From positions 7,323,794 to 7,387,793 of the forward strand of contig CAJINV010000001.1 in assembly GCA_905178155.1 (NCBI GenBank): 64,000 nt of DNA, in the 5' to 3' direction. Each line of letters opens with the position of its first letter. Within the stretch, counting starts at the first letter, position 1. The stretch is from Amoebophrya sp. A120 (lineage: Eukaryota; Protista; Dinoflagellata). Below, one piece after another: positions 1 through 13,574 of this stretch. The translations under genes and the position numbers were made by a program. Below the pieces are notes generated by a model. That model made no database searches and was not told where the DNA came from. It worked only from the letters and a program-made list of their open reading frames with translations.

Positions 1-584
1 TCGTGTGAAGCCGACATAGAGGCCGGTGCGGCGTCGTCTAAGAAATTCCCACGCTTGGTGATTGTATCAGAACGCCCTGCGTTCTTGGAACCGAGAAGTA
101 GAACTTCAACTTGCAAATCATTTTTTGCAAGTACTTTTTCAAAATGAGATCCTCGCTTAGCTCTGCGTGCAGAAAAATAACAAAAATAAACGCACGCAGC
201 TCGAAGCAAAGAAAAGATAAAGAAGCACTCAAAGAAAAAAAGTCACTCACGCAACTCTTCTGCTGAAGCTTCGCAGGTACAAAAGAAACGCCCACAAAAA
301 CTGTTTACTCCAAGTTAGCGAACAATAGGTCTGCGATCACGCAAATACATTGAGACTCATGTCTCTAGGTCGTACTTGTTTTGTTGTCGGTTGTATCATT
401 TGCTTTCTTTTTTTTCCTACACTCCTGCCCACTTGCGTGAACCAATTCGCAAGTTTTCCGGGCAAATGTTCGCGGCGAACTACTTCGAGTAGCATCTTCC
501 GGCACAATTCCGATAAGTCCATACTCGCACTTTATATCCGTGAGAAGTACAGCGAACTTTCCATCAACGCCTCGATCCACAACT

Positions 585-3500
585 TCATTGAAAGTTGCGC
601 GCCGGTATCATTGGCGGTCCCCCCTTTCCGCCGTCCGGAAACGGCCGGTGCCCGCCCATGAAGTGGTGCTCTCGCGGGGGTGCGGGGACGCCCCGGCTGT
701 CGGGTAGCATCGGGGGTGGCATCGGCGGCGGTGGCATCATTTGGTTTGGATCCATGCCACCTTTGCCGGCACCTCCGAACGGCGGCTGTGAAGACTGCTG
801 CATCATCGGTCCTCCGGTTCTTACGCCTGGTTGAAAGTTGTTGTTCATCGGCGGGCCTTGTTCCATGAAGTTTTTGTTCATCGGCTTGGACGACCCTTTC
901 ATTATCGGCTTTCCGCTGAACTTGTCTGGTGGAAGATCCCCTTTGCCCTTTCGAATGAAGTCGTCGATAAAGCTGCTCGGCGGTGGTGGCTCGCCTTTGA
1001 AGTCGCCCTTGCCGGCGAACATCGGAGGCTCGCCCTTGTTGCCCATATTGAAGCGGTCGCCGGGAAGATGCTGGTCGCCCGGCCTTTGCATCATCATTGG
1101 CGGCGGGCCGTTGCTGAAGTTGTGGCCCTTCTTCGAGGATTTGCTTCCGCCGCCAAACTGCGATTGCTGCACCGGGTTTCCGTCTTCATCGAGGCGGGGC
1201 GAAAACGCGTTCTCCCCTGGATGGAAGAAGCCGTCGCGCGGATCCCCGGGCGGCGGGGGCGATTTCGTTCCCTTCATCAGGTGGTTGCGCAAGTGCATGT
1301 CGCCTTTCACAGACATTGGATGCGGCTGATGTGACTGTGGAGGGGGTCCACTTGACGAAGCTCCCTTCATCATGTTCGGAGGGGGTACTCCTCGGTTCGG
1401 CGGCGGGCGGTCGAACCCAGGTTCAAAACTTCCGGGTTGACCACTGCGCATTTGGTGCACGGTAGACAGCATACGCTCACCAGAGGGCACCGGCGGTCCG
1501 CCGGGAAATTGGCTTCGGTCTGGTGGTTCTTGGAACGGAACATACTGGTTCTTGGAACCACCGTTATTTCCGCGGTTGTTTTCGCGTACCGCGGGCTCCT
1601 CCCCGAATAAGAAATCTTCGGGCGACGAATCGTGCCGCGGCGGACCGGCGTCGAAGCTCGGGCCGTTCCCATTGGTCCGAGACCCGGACGCTGTGTGGTG
1701 GTACCCGTTTCCGGAGCCTGAGGAGGGCGCGGAGGGCTGATGTGGTGGGGCTGGTCCGCCGCCTGGAACAAGCTGCGGGGGACCTCCGCTTCCCTTGCCG
1801 CCCCCCGGCATCATCATCTGCGGATGGTGCCCCCGTCGGTTGCTGAAATTCGGATTTTGGCTGCCGGGTGGCTCCATCAGCTCCGGATCCGACATGTTGT
1901 ACGGACCGTCGCGCGAGGGAAAGTGCTGTCGCGGGTCGAGCAAATCCGGCGTCCCGGACATTGGCGGCGGATAGCTGTTCGGAAGCATCGGCGGTCCACC
2001 TCGCTCGCCTCGCGCACTGTGGATCAGATTGGGGTCATGTTGTTCGTGGTGCGCCGATCGCGGGTCGAGGTTGTTCGAATGGAAGTTGGATGATCCTTTC
2101 CCACTGCCCCCGCGCTGCGGATTCAGCGGCGGGTACTGCTGCGGGTCCTGGAAGTGGTTGTCCAATCGGGGCTGTGCCTGCTGCTCGTGGCTGCTCAAAT
2201 ACTGCTGCTGCTGCTCCCTGGGCGCCGCCCCGCGGTCGCGCCGGCGCCCGTCGCGCCGCCCGGAGATGTTGAAGCGTACCACCGGCAGGTTCTCGTCTTC
2301 CCCGCTCGGCTGGTTGGTGTCGTTGTAATTCTCTCCGGGTCCGGACTGTGGGGGCATCAGGTCCGGGGTCAGGTTCACCATCCGCGGATCGCCGTTGCCG
2401 CCGCCCATGAGGTCCAAATTGTGCTGTTGCAGTGCGGCCATCCTCCGGTCCTCGTAGCGCTCGTGGGGATGCTGGTGCTGCTCGCGGTTGATGTAGTAGT
2501 CACCGCCCTTTGATGCCCCTCCACCTTTGCCCCCTTTGCCACCCTTATTCCTGGGCGGGTACAGCTCGCGCTCTTTCCTCCGTAAAGGTCTTTTGTTGTT
2601 GTCCTTGCGCTCGCTGAACAGGCCGATGGTGCACTCGGCAAGCCAGTGCTGCGTGGAAAATTCCTTGTCGTATGAAATCAAAGCCTGAATCGGATGGTTG
2701 AAGTCCCGCTCGGCGTTGCGGCGCAGCAGCGCGTTCCCAACCGCCAGCTTCCCAAGTTTCCCGCTACGGCACACCTCGTACGCACGCCGGCACTCGTAAC
2801 TGTAGGGTGTAGAAGATTTCAGGCTTTGAATTTGTCTCCTAGATGTCCATGTCGCTCTTGATCTAGTACAACTACAAGTAGTAAGCTTAGTAGGTACGGA
2901 CGCAGCAACTAAAGCAAGATGACGAGTAAACGTAAACGGCTTCTCGGCAGACGCCGAAATCAATGAGTAAATCGAAACAAAACAACTGATTTATACGTGA
3001 GCCTCTCCTGCCCTTTTGCGTTTGTTCCCAGAATTCGATCGATTTCAAATGGGTCCTCTATCGACAGCCAGCACTTTTTGCGCATCAGTCCCCAGACCTG
3101 GTCCTGCCGTTGGTCCTCGTCTTCGTTTTCTACCTGCTCCTTGACGCCATAAAAATCCAATTTCTTCACGGAATTCCCCCGAACCGATACCATATTGATC
3201 CAGAAGTCGAAGTCGTAGGCTGTTTTCAAATAGTTTTTGCAAAATAATAGTTCGAAGGCAAAGATCGATGAAAGCAAGTTTCAGTCAGGAGAAAGGGCGG
3301 CCCCACAAAGCCCGATTACTTATCACAGGGAAACAAAATTCATCTTGTCCGAGATGAATTATACCGTAGTAGAAGAAGAACTCTTCGAGCAATTGAGCTA
3401 GCGACATGGAGTCGTCCAGCTCAAATTGCTCACAGACGTCCGCGGATTTCATGCCGAAATCCTCATAATCCAGGTACTGCACAATGGCACTGTCGTTGTC

Positions 3501-6467
3501 CATAGCCCGCGGCTTGGGCAGCATGAAGGTCATCGAGTTGGGTCGGGCGTTGCACCGGATAATGCGCTTCTCCTTTTCGGAGTCGCCGATGTTCCTGCTG
3601 GACTGCAGGACGGGCAGTACCTTGTTCTTCTGCAGGAAGTGGATCAGGAGCAGGTTGTAACTGTAGGAGGAAAGCGTCCCGGTCAGACTGTCGTTGATCC
3701 CCCGCTCCTTGGCCCAGTGCTTGATGATCAGCGCGAGCTGCTTCACCTTTGGGTTGAGTTGCGAGTAGAGCCGCAGAAGATTGGAGTTCTCGAAAACCAC
3801 CTGGTGTCCGCAGCTGATATCGAAGGTGACGATCATGGTGTCTACGATTTTCTTCGGCGACTGTTGTGCCTCTTGTTCCGTCTGATCTTCGTGGCCGCCT
3901 GCTTTAAGTACAATCTGTTCCTGTTCCTCGACCTGAATCCGTGCTTCGCATCGCAAAAGCGGAATCCGCGCGTTCTCGACGCGTTCCACGTAGAAGCCCT
4001 GCTTCTCGAGCACTGGCGCAAGTTTGCGCAGGCCCACCAGGATGCCACGCGTCACGCTCATGAAGTCGAACAGACCGTCCTTGCCGAGCATGCCACCGCT
4101 GCGGCGCTCCGGCTCGTTAGTGGAACTGCCACGTGGCGAGGTGCCGGTGCCGAGTCGGCGGATCTCCTGCTGGAACTCGCGACGCCAGTCGCACCAGAAA
4201 GCCTCGCGGTCGAGCGCCGCCTCTACATCCGGAGAAAAACGGATTCCTGTCGTATTGAGAAAGATACATAGCAGTTGAAAAAGGTCGGATCTTCGTGCAC
4301 GTAGGTGCATCTCATCAAAGTGCTCAGCCGCGCAAGACCGTCGAGAGCAGGAGCAGCAAGAATAATTCCTGCTGCTCCGCTAGAAGGTCAAGCTTCGAAA
4401 AGAATCAAATGAACCTGTAGAAAAAAAACTTAGTATACCGCAGTCCAAATCACTGCTCTTGGTCATGAATCCGTTGACGCAAGACCCGAAAAGGCGGATC
4501 CAGGCGCCGTGTTCGCCCCAGATGGATTTGATACTCGGCTCGAGTTTTTGCCGGAAGAAGTCCTTCATGACGGCCTCCCGTACCGGGTCCATGGCGCACT
4601 CCTCGCTCAGCTCCTCGAGAAACTGATCCGCGTCCTCCGGTACTTCCTCCATCTTTTTCCGTTGCTCCTCCTCCTCCTTCAGCCGGGCCGCCATCCGCTC
4701 CTTTTCCGCGTTGATGGTATCCGCATTCGCACCGCCGGCGGCACCAGCTTTGCCCATCGCGTCCAGGTTCGAAGTTTCGTGAAACGCGTTGTAGTCCACA
4801 CTTACCTTGCGCAGATTCCTCTTTTCCTTCTCCACCGCGGGCATGGGGGCCCACTTGCCCTGCTTCACCTTCTCCATCGTTTCCTTCATCTTCCAGCGCC
4901 ACCGGCCCCACCACTCGGCCCGCGCGCGACCCCGCGGCACCTCGCGGAACTTCGCACCGAGTTTGTTTTGGCGACTCGCATGAGGATCCCCATCTGCGGG
5001 TCCTGCCGCCGCGCCAGTTGATGTAGAAGTCCCGATCGGCCCCAGCGTGGGCGTGCCATGGAGATGATCCTGGAGGTCCCCACCGGCCACGCTGGTTGCG
5101 GCCTGGGAGGCGGTGTCCGCCGCGACTTTGCTCTCGCTGTCAACGCCGGCGCTCTCGCTTCGATTCTCCTTGGTCGTTGTGCCTTCGTTTTGCTGAACGT
5201 GTGGAACGGTAGTTTCCTTCGAGGCGATACCCATCAAGGAGCGCAGTGCAAAGGTGGCCTGCTCATTGATCGCGGAATTGCCCGCGCCGAGCGCGCTGTT
5301 CGGGTGTGGAGCCTGCTGTGGCTCCTGTTCTTTCTGTGGTGGTAGTTCCCGCGACTTGTCTGGAGACGAGGACAGAAGGTCTACAGGAACAACTTCAGGT
5401 GGAGCGGGAGGTGCAACCGGCTTCTTCTTCCGGAACTTGCGCACCACGTCGGTGATAGTGAACATGTCGACATCCTCTTCCCTGTCTTCCAGACGCCACT
5501 GCACGAGAAATTTCTTCTCGTCGTACCGAGAAGTAGTAGACGATGCATTTTTATTCCCGGCGGCCTGATTCATCAGTTTGTTCCTTGCGGCCACATCTCC
5601 GTCCGAGCCCTCGTTTATTCCGATTGACGCTTTACTCGTCCCAGCTACCGGTCCCTGTGGTTCCCCCGTCACGCTGATCCGCTCCCGCAACAACTTCTGC
5701 ATACCGCGCTTGAGAAAGAACTCCGCCACTTCGAGTCGGTTGCGCGCGATGTGGGGCGCGACCCGGGCGATCACCATGTGGCGCAGGACGCGCTGCAGCG
5801 ACACGCGGTAGGAGGGGATGCAGCTCGCGACGAGGACGTAGAGAATGTTTTCCATCAACCGGACGAGCCCGATACTGTAGGCTTCCACCTTCAGATTCGG
5901 GCAAAACTCCTCGTCGATGCAGGAGAGCAGTTGAATCAGCGTCTTGCAGATCTCCATGCGCTGGGTGGTGAACTGGAAAATTCTCTGCAGCGACACTTCG
6001 ATGCCGATTCCGGCCAGGACGTTGACCGGGTCGAAGTGCTCGGCCGCGCGCCGTTTTTCCGCCCGCGAACTTGCCTTCGTGAAGGTCAGCGTCTTCAGCT
6101 GCATGTGGTGCAGCCACTCGGAAAGTCGTTCCTGCGCACATAGTCCCCCGTTGTCCTCGACCACTTCCCGCTGCGGCTGGACCGTCGTCGCGATTACATC
6201 TTTTTTCCGCTCCACCCAGGGGAGCACGCGGGGGTCCTCACGAAAGATCGCGAGCGCCTCCAGCGTGTCTGGTCCGTATTGAATCTTCCATTTTCGAGCA
6301 AAGAAACTCACCTCAGGCTCCTTGGTCTCCTTTGCTTTCACCACCTGCTGCTGCACCGGGGGCGGGGGCTGCTGCTGCTGCTGGGCGGTCGTCGGCACAA
6401 TCAAAGCTTGAGACTGAAAACCAGGCTGCTGAGCTTGATTGAACTGCGGATGAGGGTTCATAATCAT
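585..6467 (-). CDS. Cid1/TUTase-like non-canonical poly(A/U) polymerase, about 1780 aa; exons 6467-4439, 4246-3365, 3219-2997, 2799-585
   Basis: Pol-beta NTase motif FGSCVNGFMTKSSDLDC, FDIS, IIKHWAKERGINDSLTGTLSSYSYNLLLIHFLQ, PAP-associated LSIEDPFE. Three GT-AG introns join the ORFs in frame (5349 nt total). Long P/G/Q-rich C-terminus. Confidence 0.88.
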
Positions 6468-8186
6468 TCATGCGCTGTACTATAGACATCTAATCCTTCT
6501 TGTAGACTCAGAGTAGTTGAAAAGAATCATACGACAAACGGATTTGAAAATTCATTCTGGGGTCAAAAAATAAATCGACGATACAACTGTTTTGGAGCGA
6601 TGGCAAGTCCAGTTACTTTTGTCGCCGTCGTGTGTCAGTACTACTTTAACTTCTGTATGTTCCTTTCATAACAAACTTGGAATTTACTTTATTTCGAACC
6701 TTCCAACACCGATAGACGCTTCCATCCGGTACTTGACTTGTCGTGGAGGAAGACTTCTACTACTGGTGCTATAGGCCGCTAACCTAGAAACGAACCAGGT
6801 AGCAAGAACAGCTACAGATTGCTCGTCCTGCTCGAAGAACGAAACATGAATCTCTCCTGCGTAATGCTGGAGGAAGTTCTAGTTGTTCTACTCTACGAAG
6901 ATAAAAACCATACTAGGCCTGCCTGTCGTGTCCGTGTTCTGGTTTGGTCTTGATTCGTATCGGTGACAGGATTGATAGATTTACCCGACACTACAGATAT
7001 TCACATTTCGCAGATCTGAGACTGCCTCCCTCGTATTTTGATCAAGCTGTGGTGTTCTTCAGTCACTTTGTAGCACAAGGGAACAGCTATTTCCATTTCG
7101 AAGAACAATAGTGCATCTTCTTCAATCACACACTTTACAGCACGGAGCGTCCTTAGACGCGCATTGGGATTGGCTTTTCGAAACGCTGCGGCCGCCTTTC
7201 GCTACGACGTGATTCTCATTCTTTCGACTTCAACAAGAAAACGCTTCCACAAGCAAAATCAAGCGACAAATAATCACAGTTTCTCTTGATCAATACTGTG
7301 TGCGCGCGCAGCGTCAGGATTTCACAGAAGTTCGCAAGGACATATCGCAGAAGATCGGTGAAGATATGGTCGCTTTTTTTTACCTTTTCTTTTCTCTAAG
7401 AAAAAACGCGGCTAGGAACTGATATACTTCCTTTTTTTCTCTGCGGTCGGAGCTAGTACCCCCTGACCTCTTCGTATCGTACTGGATACTGTAATTTCAA
7501 CTTGGCTTTTCCTGTTTCGCTCAAAAAAGCTGCACAGATTGCCGCTGCGTCTTCTTGTCGTGCTGTGATATTAATGCTCTTGCTTTGTTTTGGTCGCTTT
7601 TGTTGTCTTTGTCCCGTTCCGGATAATTCCCGTGGCAGCTCGAGGCGCATCTAGATTTCTACCAAGATGATCCCGGAGCTTTTGAAAATCACCACCACGT
7701 CGCTGAGAGCAGCGGCCCGGACCTCCTACAGTGACAAGTCTGGTGACGCTGCTTCAGCTTCTTGGCAACAGGAAGAGCGTGCAAGTGCATCGTAGAATAA
7801 AGTGTTCTTTCATCATAATAGACGTCCTGCTAGGCAAAAAAATGGAATCCTCTTTTTTCACCTTTATCTTGTAGGAAATAGAAAATCAAACACACAGTGG
7901 GTTTAAGCTGCGTCAGCTGTGGTATTAAAAACACCTCCTACCCGCAGCGTCTGGATAATCAGTACCATATCAGGGTTCGCATACGGAAAATTTACGTGCC
8001 GACTGGGATGAAGAAAAAACTACAGATATACCTTCGTGGTACTATACCAAGTATCAGGATACCTCGAAACCTGGCAGCTCCCCTATGAACAATTGATGAA
8101 TATTAGATACACTATACTCTTGGTTTTGGTAGTTAATGAATGAAGATCTTTGTCTTTCACTTTTTATTTTTGCCGCAATCCGCCTT

Positions 8187-10361
8187 CTAGCTCGTCAAGT
8201 GCAAAGTTGACCGCTTGATCTCCTTTTCCAAAGATTGGTTCTGCATTTCCAGGCCGAGTACCAACTGGTCATCCTCGATCTCCTTGGCGATTTCGCAAAA
8301 GTCGGGCAGCCCCTTGCCCGCCGAGCCATCAAAGTGCGCCACGATCGGACCCTTCTTAAAATTCCCGACAAACAACGTAACCACGATGCTGGTGCCCTCG
8401 GGGCACCGGATGTAGAATGCACAGCTACCGTCCTTCGTCGTGTTTTGCGAACCTGGTTCGTTTGTGCAGCAGTCCAAATGAAATAAGTAGTCGTTTATTC
8501 TTCACCTACGCATATGCTAGAGTACTAGACCTGCATCAAGATCAACATAAACATCACATAATTCGTCCGGCGGTGGAACAGGTACTGCTACAAAAAATAA
8601 ATCCTGAGGTGGGTAAGATCCAATTACCATTTGGGTAGAATTCCAAGAGGATCTCGCGGATGCCCGCTGCTGAAAAAATTGGTGAGTAGATTGAGCTGCC
8701 CCTCGGGAGGTTGGCCAACTTCTTCTATCGTACGCAAAAAGTGTTTCACTGTAAGGATCTTGCAAGTTTTGCATCACAAGTTTGTTCTACATCACAGAGA
8801 AGATTGGCCATGCGAGATTCCAAAGGGAAAACACAGCTAAAAATCTAGTGTCTTGCATGTGTAGCAAGGCAAACACTTCACTTCTAAGATACAGTTTCTG
8901 CATTACAAGTTTACAGTGAAACAGTTTTTTCTTGCGATATCTTCTCCATGTTGATTAATCGCCATTCCACTCGGGAGATGTTGCGGTTCGTCAGGATCTG
9001 ACGATGTTGTTGAACAATCACATGAGTTTTTATTGCTAAGTGTCATAAACGAACCCCAGGTTCAATCTTCTGCGCTGCTGGTGCTGCAGACTCCTGCAAA
9101 AGAAAAACCATAACCAACGTGAGCGAATCAAAATTCATTGATGATATAAAACACGATGGAAAAGTGACGGTACCTGAGCCTCCTGGTCAATGTGTGATCG
9201 CGTTGCGCCCGTGAAGATTTGTAATGAGCCCAGGTCTGACTGCACATACTGGATCTTTTCTACCTGTATCAAAAGCATCGAAGACGTCATTTTTCGTGCA
9301 GCAAGGAGGTAGCTGACGACGCACTAGCTCTTTACTTAGTTGCTCCGGCCTTGCTCTACTACCAGCACGTTGTTTTTTATTTTTAAGCGAGCAAATGAAT
9401 TCTACATGCAAGCTGCAAGTTGAAGTTCAAAGTTCTATAATCTGTGCATTACCTCGAGGATATCCACGGCTACCGTTACCGCGTCCTGTACGATCTCCGC
9501 ATCGAGCATGCAAAAGTTAGAGTGTCCGTGTCCCATGCGCCCGTCGTAGGTGTCCTCATCCGGCGCTCGCATATGCTTTCCGACCGAGAGTTGATACTTG
9601 ATTTTCGTGCCAGACGGGCACCACAGAAACAGAGAGCAGAATCCGCTGATTGTGGTCGACTCCCGGCCGTTTGGGAAAAATTCCAGCTGAATCCCATTGA
9701 TCCCTCTTGCGGAAAACTCCGGACTCCAGATACTCATGCCTGATTCCGAAACAATATTCTCTGATTTCGCTGCGGTGTGTGGGTAGTAAGTAAACCGTCG
9801 GCATTAATTTTTTTTGACTGGTTCGCGCCGGGTCATTGTAAGCATAGTATGACTATCATCTACATCAAAAGGACGCATCCCGTGGACATAATACATAGAA
9901 GTTCATCTATGCAACGAACCAAACCAAACGACTTCTACCTTTGTCTTGTGCCTTCATGCGGTCGCGGATGCCGGGGATTGTCCACTCCACCCGTCGCACG
10001 TCGTTCGAGGTGCCTTCCAAAGAGTTGCTGCTAGCGAGCAGAGACGCCATTTTCCGGCGCGCATTTCGGAGCTCGTCATCATGGTCCTCCAGCTTTCGGC
10101 GCAGAGAATTGTTGTCCTTCTCAAGGAACTTAACCTTCTCCATCACCTGTAAAAATAGAAATGATCCACGTAGGATATATGATTCGCGCATGCTTTCCTA
10201 TCCGCACATGCCTAAGCTTTCATTGTTTCAAAGAAACCTGCGCCATCCTCGAAATCACATGAACGTGCAAAAACCAACAGGAGTGCGAATTCTACCTCCC
10301 GCATCTCATTTTTAAATCGCACGTCGAGTTCGCCGACCTTGTATTCCAAATCGTCACCCAT
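8187..10361 (-). CDS. Coiled-coil protein with two tandem MATH/TRAF-like domains (multi-exon, one introner)
   Basis: Spliced ORF MGDDLEYKVGELD|VMEKVK...RVEWTI..|GMSIWSPEFSARGINGIQLEFFPNG..CSLFL and a second repeat RVEWRL..SIYSPIFSAAGIREILLEFYPNG..CAFYI. GT-AG introns plus introner 8726-8939. Confidence 0.75.
8726..8939. mobile_element. Introner element, family C (214 bp)
   Basis: TIRs TATCGTACGCAAAAAGTGTTTCACTGTAA / TATCGCAAGAAAAAACTGTTTCACTGTAA; direct repeat TCTTC at 8721-8725 and 8940-8944; removal gives MEK-KLANLPRG in frame. Confidence 0.9.
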
Positions 10362-11407
10362 CTTGTCGGATGACTTGTTGTTGTTGCTTGTGTGAGTCTA
10401 TAAGAAATTCGTGGCTTGACTACGCCACACAGTCGAACCTAGGAATGGGGCAGGGGAGGAGGAGATGAGTTTAGTCAGGTGTAGATAAGGTCTGCGAGAC
10501 TGTGTAAAAACTTTACACTCTTTGCCGCAGCGCCTGCGATGCATGTACTTAATTGCCTTCGCAGGTGGTAGCTGACATACGGAGGCTCTTCCTCTTTACT
10601 TGAAAGCGGAGAATATGAATATGATGAATGAGAACCGCAGAAGCGGAGAATCATCTACTTTGGCAGAGGAAAGACGAGGCTTTTAGATTTTTGGTAGACT
10701 AGTGGTGTCGAATGCGTGTTAGCAGGCGATGTCCGCGGTACGTTTTACTGAAGTAAGTAGAGAAAATCCGCGAGCGCCAACTTCGGCTGTCACAGTCACA
10801 GTCTGTCACCCTGGAGCAACAATTAACAAACGACGAACGACATTGAAGCAAGAACTGTTATTGTCTTCACAACTTTTCCAATCTTGTCTCTGTCTTCGGC
10901 GAACACCTGGTGTTTGTAGTCCTCGCAATCATACAGAAGTAACCGACTTAGAAGTGATGTTGGCATCGTTCAGAGATTCTCCTCGAATCTTGATCGTTGT
11001 CGTTCATTTTTTGAAAGTAGATCTGATTTCTTGATCAACTTGGCGTAGCCTGATGCTACCATTATTTGCTTCACGTTTGTTTCGACTCATCGCATTTACT
11101 GGCGTCCAAGTTCACCGATGAAAATCTATTCATCACATCATCATCATCATCACCACATACACACAAAACGGTCAGTCCGATATCTTCATGTGAGCTCTTG
11201 TTTGAAGTCTGGCGCAAATAATTCTCTAGGTCTTTATTCCTGCTAAGGAAGTGCATACCACTCCACGGAAGTAGTGCGAACATTGTTCATATCAGTGCAC
11301 GTCTTCACTTTTCGGCAGCACAGGGACGAGCTTCCTCCACAGCCGTCTTGTCACTGCTGAAGGTCCGAGGAATCACACCACGAAGGTACTGCACGCTCCT
11401 ACGAAGA

Positions 11408-12908
11408 TCAGCCGGGCTGTAGAACGGAGGCCAGATCGTCCAACTTCCCTTTGTTCGTGGCCCTCTCCCGCCGTTTTTTCGCGAGCTGCAGATCCGGCTT
11501 GAAGGCCCGCGTGGCTCCTACGAGCGACTTCTTCTCCACCAGTTCCTTTCTATTTCTTGGCAACCCGTGCATGTAGATGTAGTTGGTACTCGCACTGCTG
11601 CCATTCACGCTGTTCGCCGTGCCAGTCCCAGTAGACGCGCCGTCGTCATTCCCAAAAAGGAGGTCCCCCGGCCCCCGCTCGCGTTCTTTGCGCAGTTGCT
11701 CCCACGGGTTGGGGACCTGGCGGTTCTTCCTGGCTTGCTCGATCTCCTTCTGTCTCTTCTCCCGTCGCAGCCGCTTTGCTTCGTCCAGTTGGAAGTCCCG
11801 CACCAGCGTTTTTCCGCCCATGAACATGTCGTGCAGAAACCCCATGCGCTCGATTTCCTTCTGCGTTTTCTCCTGGTTATTTCCGCTGGTAGAGGAGGAG
11901 GAACCGCCGTTTTGAAAATTCAGCAACGTAGACGTGCCTGCAAACAATTCTCCGCCGTCTACTTCCGTTGTTCCGGCCTGCAGCTGTTCTTGCGAGTCCG
12001 GCACGGATTCGTGACCACCGTCGAGATTCTTCTTCACCAATCCTAGCGTTCGTCGACCGCCTGGGGAAAGATCCTCGGGTGCATTTTTCGCTCTTGGTAG
12101 CACATCAACGCTGGTCGCGGTGCGCGCGGTGCAACGGAACAGGCTTTCATCGTGGAGGTTTTCGTCCTGAAGAGTTTGGATGGCCAAGCGTTTTTTTGCT
12201 GTGATTTGATCTGTTGTCAGAAATGTAGCCACAGGTAACGAGTGAGAATATGAGCTGCAGTAAACGAAGCGAGATTAGCCACAGTATTAAACGAAGGCAA
12301 CAAATCAATCTAATCAAGTACTCCGTCCTCCAAACCGTCATCTAATCCGAGCCCGTAGATGCTGTCCTCATTGAAGACACCCCCGAAGAAGTTGTGTCCC
12401 CCAACGGTCTGGCTCATACCCACCGGGATCGGGCCTTCCAGGTCCGACTTCGCAAACCTGCGTCGGTGGCGCTTTCCCGGGGACGCGGAACGGGGAATAA
12501 GTGTGTTCCTCGGCCGGGATAACTGCATGGTGAAAAGCCGCATCTGCTCCTCGGACACGCGCTTCTTCCCGTTCTTACTGGGGGAGGTCATCAACCGCTT
12601 CGTCATCAAGTTGCGCTCGTCGACGGTCTGATAATTGTCAAATGCAACTTTTTTTTTCCGAGCATTGCTTGTCAAAGTACTTACTGCGCTGGAGAAAGAG
12701 AAAGCGCAAGTTCGTCCACGTTGCACACCACATCAAACTAAACAAAAAGAATCATAAACACCACAAGTACGTGCACAACTTCTTGTATTTTTGCGGTGCA
12801 GTAATTCTGGAAGGCGGCAAGCGATCTCGACCGGGGGCGCGTTCTGTGCTCGTCATTGCCCGGAGAGAGCTGCAAAGAAGCTATCTTCTCCTGCAAAAAA
12901 TCTTGCAT
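11408..12908 (-). CDS. Hypothetical basic protein (3 exons)
   Basis: Consecutive minus-strand ORFs 12738-12965, 12310-12726 and 11408-12232 separated by short AT-richer gaps with plausible GT-AG sites; no recognisable domain. Confidence 0.55.
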
Positions 12909-13574
12909 TTTGATCTCTTCTACTTGTTTTTTTACACGTAGACTGGCAAGACTTGCGAAACACAATAGGGCGATTGCTGTGAAGTGAAGCGATGACGTAA
13001 ATTTGATCTACGTACTTGATGTGGTGCTTCTCAATATACTTACACGCTCCTATGGAGGAACATCCCGGATGGTTTCCCTTTCGACATGCGAATGCGGTTC
13101 TTTATATGAAAAATGACAGCACTTCCAAATTCTAGGCAAAAGCACGACACGGACCACTTAGCGGGACGAGCATACGAGACGATATGGATAAAGTGCGAGT
13201 GTAACACCTATAATTACACGAAAACGATTGCGACTTAACGACCAGCTCGAAATCTCACAAAGACAAAGCGACTAGGGAGCAAGCGCCACGATAGCCTAAT
13301 CCGTGCTAGCGTGCACTGGGCAGGAACATGCGCGAGCGGACTTCGGACATAGCACAACAGCAACTTCGGTATCGGAGGTATGCCGGTTTTTCTTTTTGAA
13401 CAAGACAGAAGTAGAGGCAGAGTGAGCTACTGGGTCTGCAGATGCGGCTGCGTCAGCCATGTAGTGCTTGCTACCCTGCGTGCCTGTGAACATCAAACAT
13501 ATAGATATCCATCACGCGCGCGCCTATCGAAGATCAATCGGCAACCCACGAAACACGCACAGACATAGATACTT

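Noticed and set aside
3426-4271. Long plus-strand ORFs opposite genes (also 49009-49788, 55247-55987, 60307-61236)
   Set aside because: Antisense shadows of GC3-rich minus-strand coding sequence.
7000-8110. Possible exon fragments (RKAAAAFRKANPNARL..., ORF 7453-7650) and a weak chromodomain-like plus-strand peptide near 8025-8110
   Set aside because: Could not build a consistent gene model or recognise a family.
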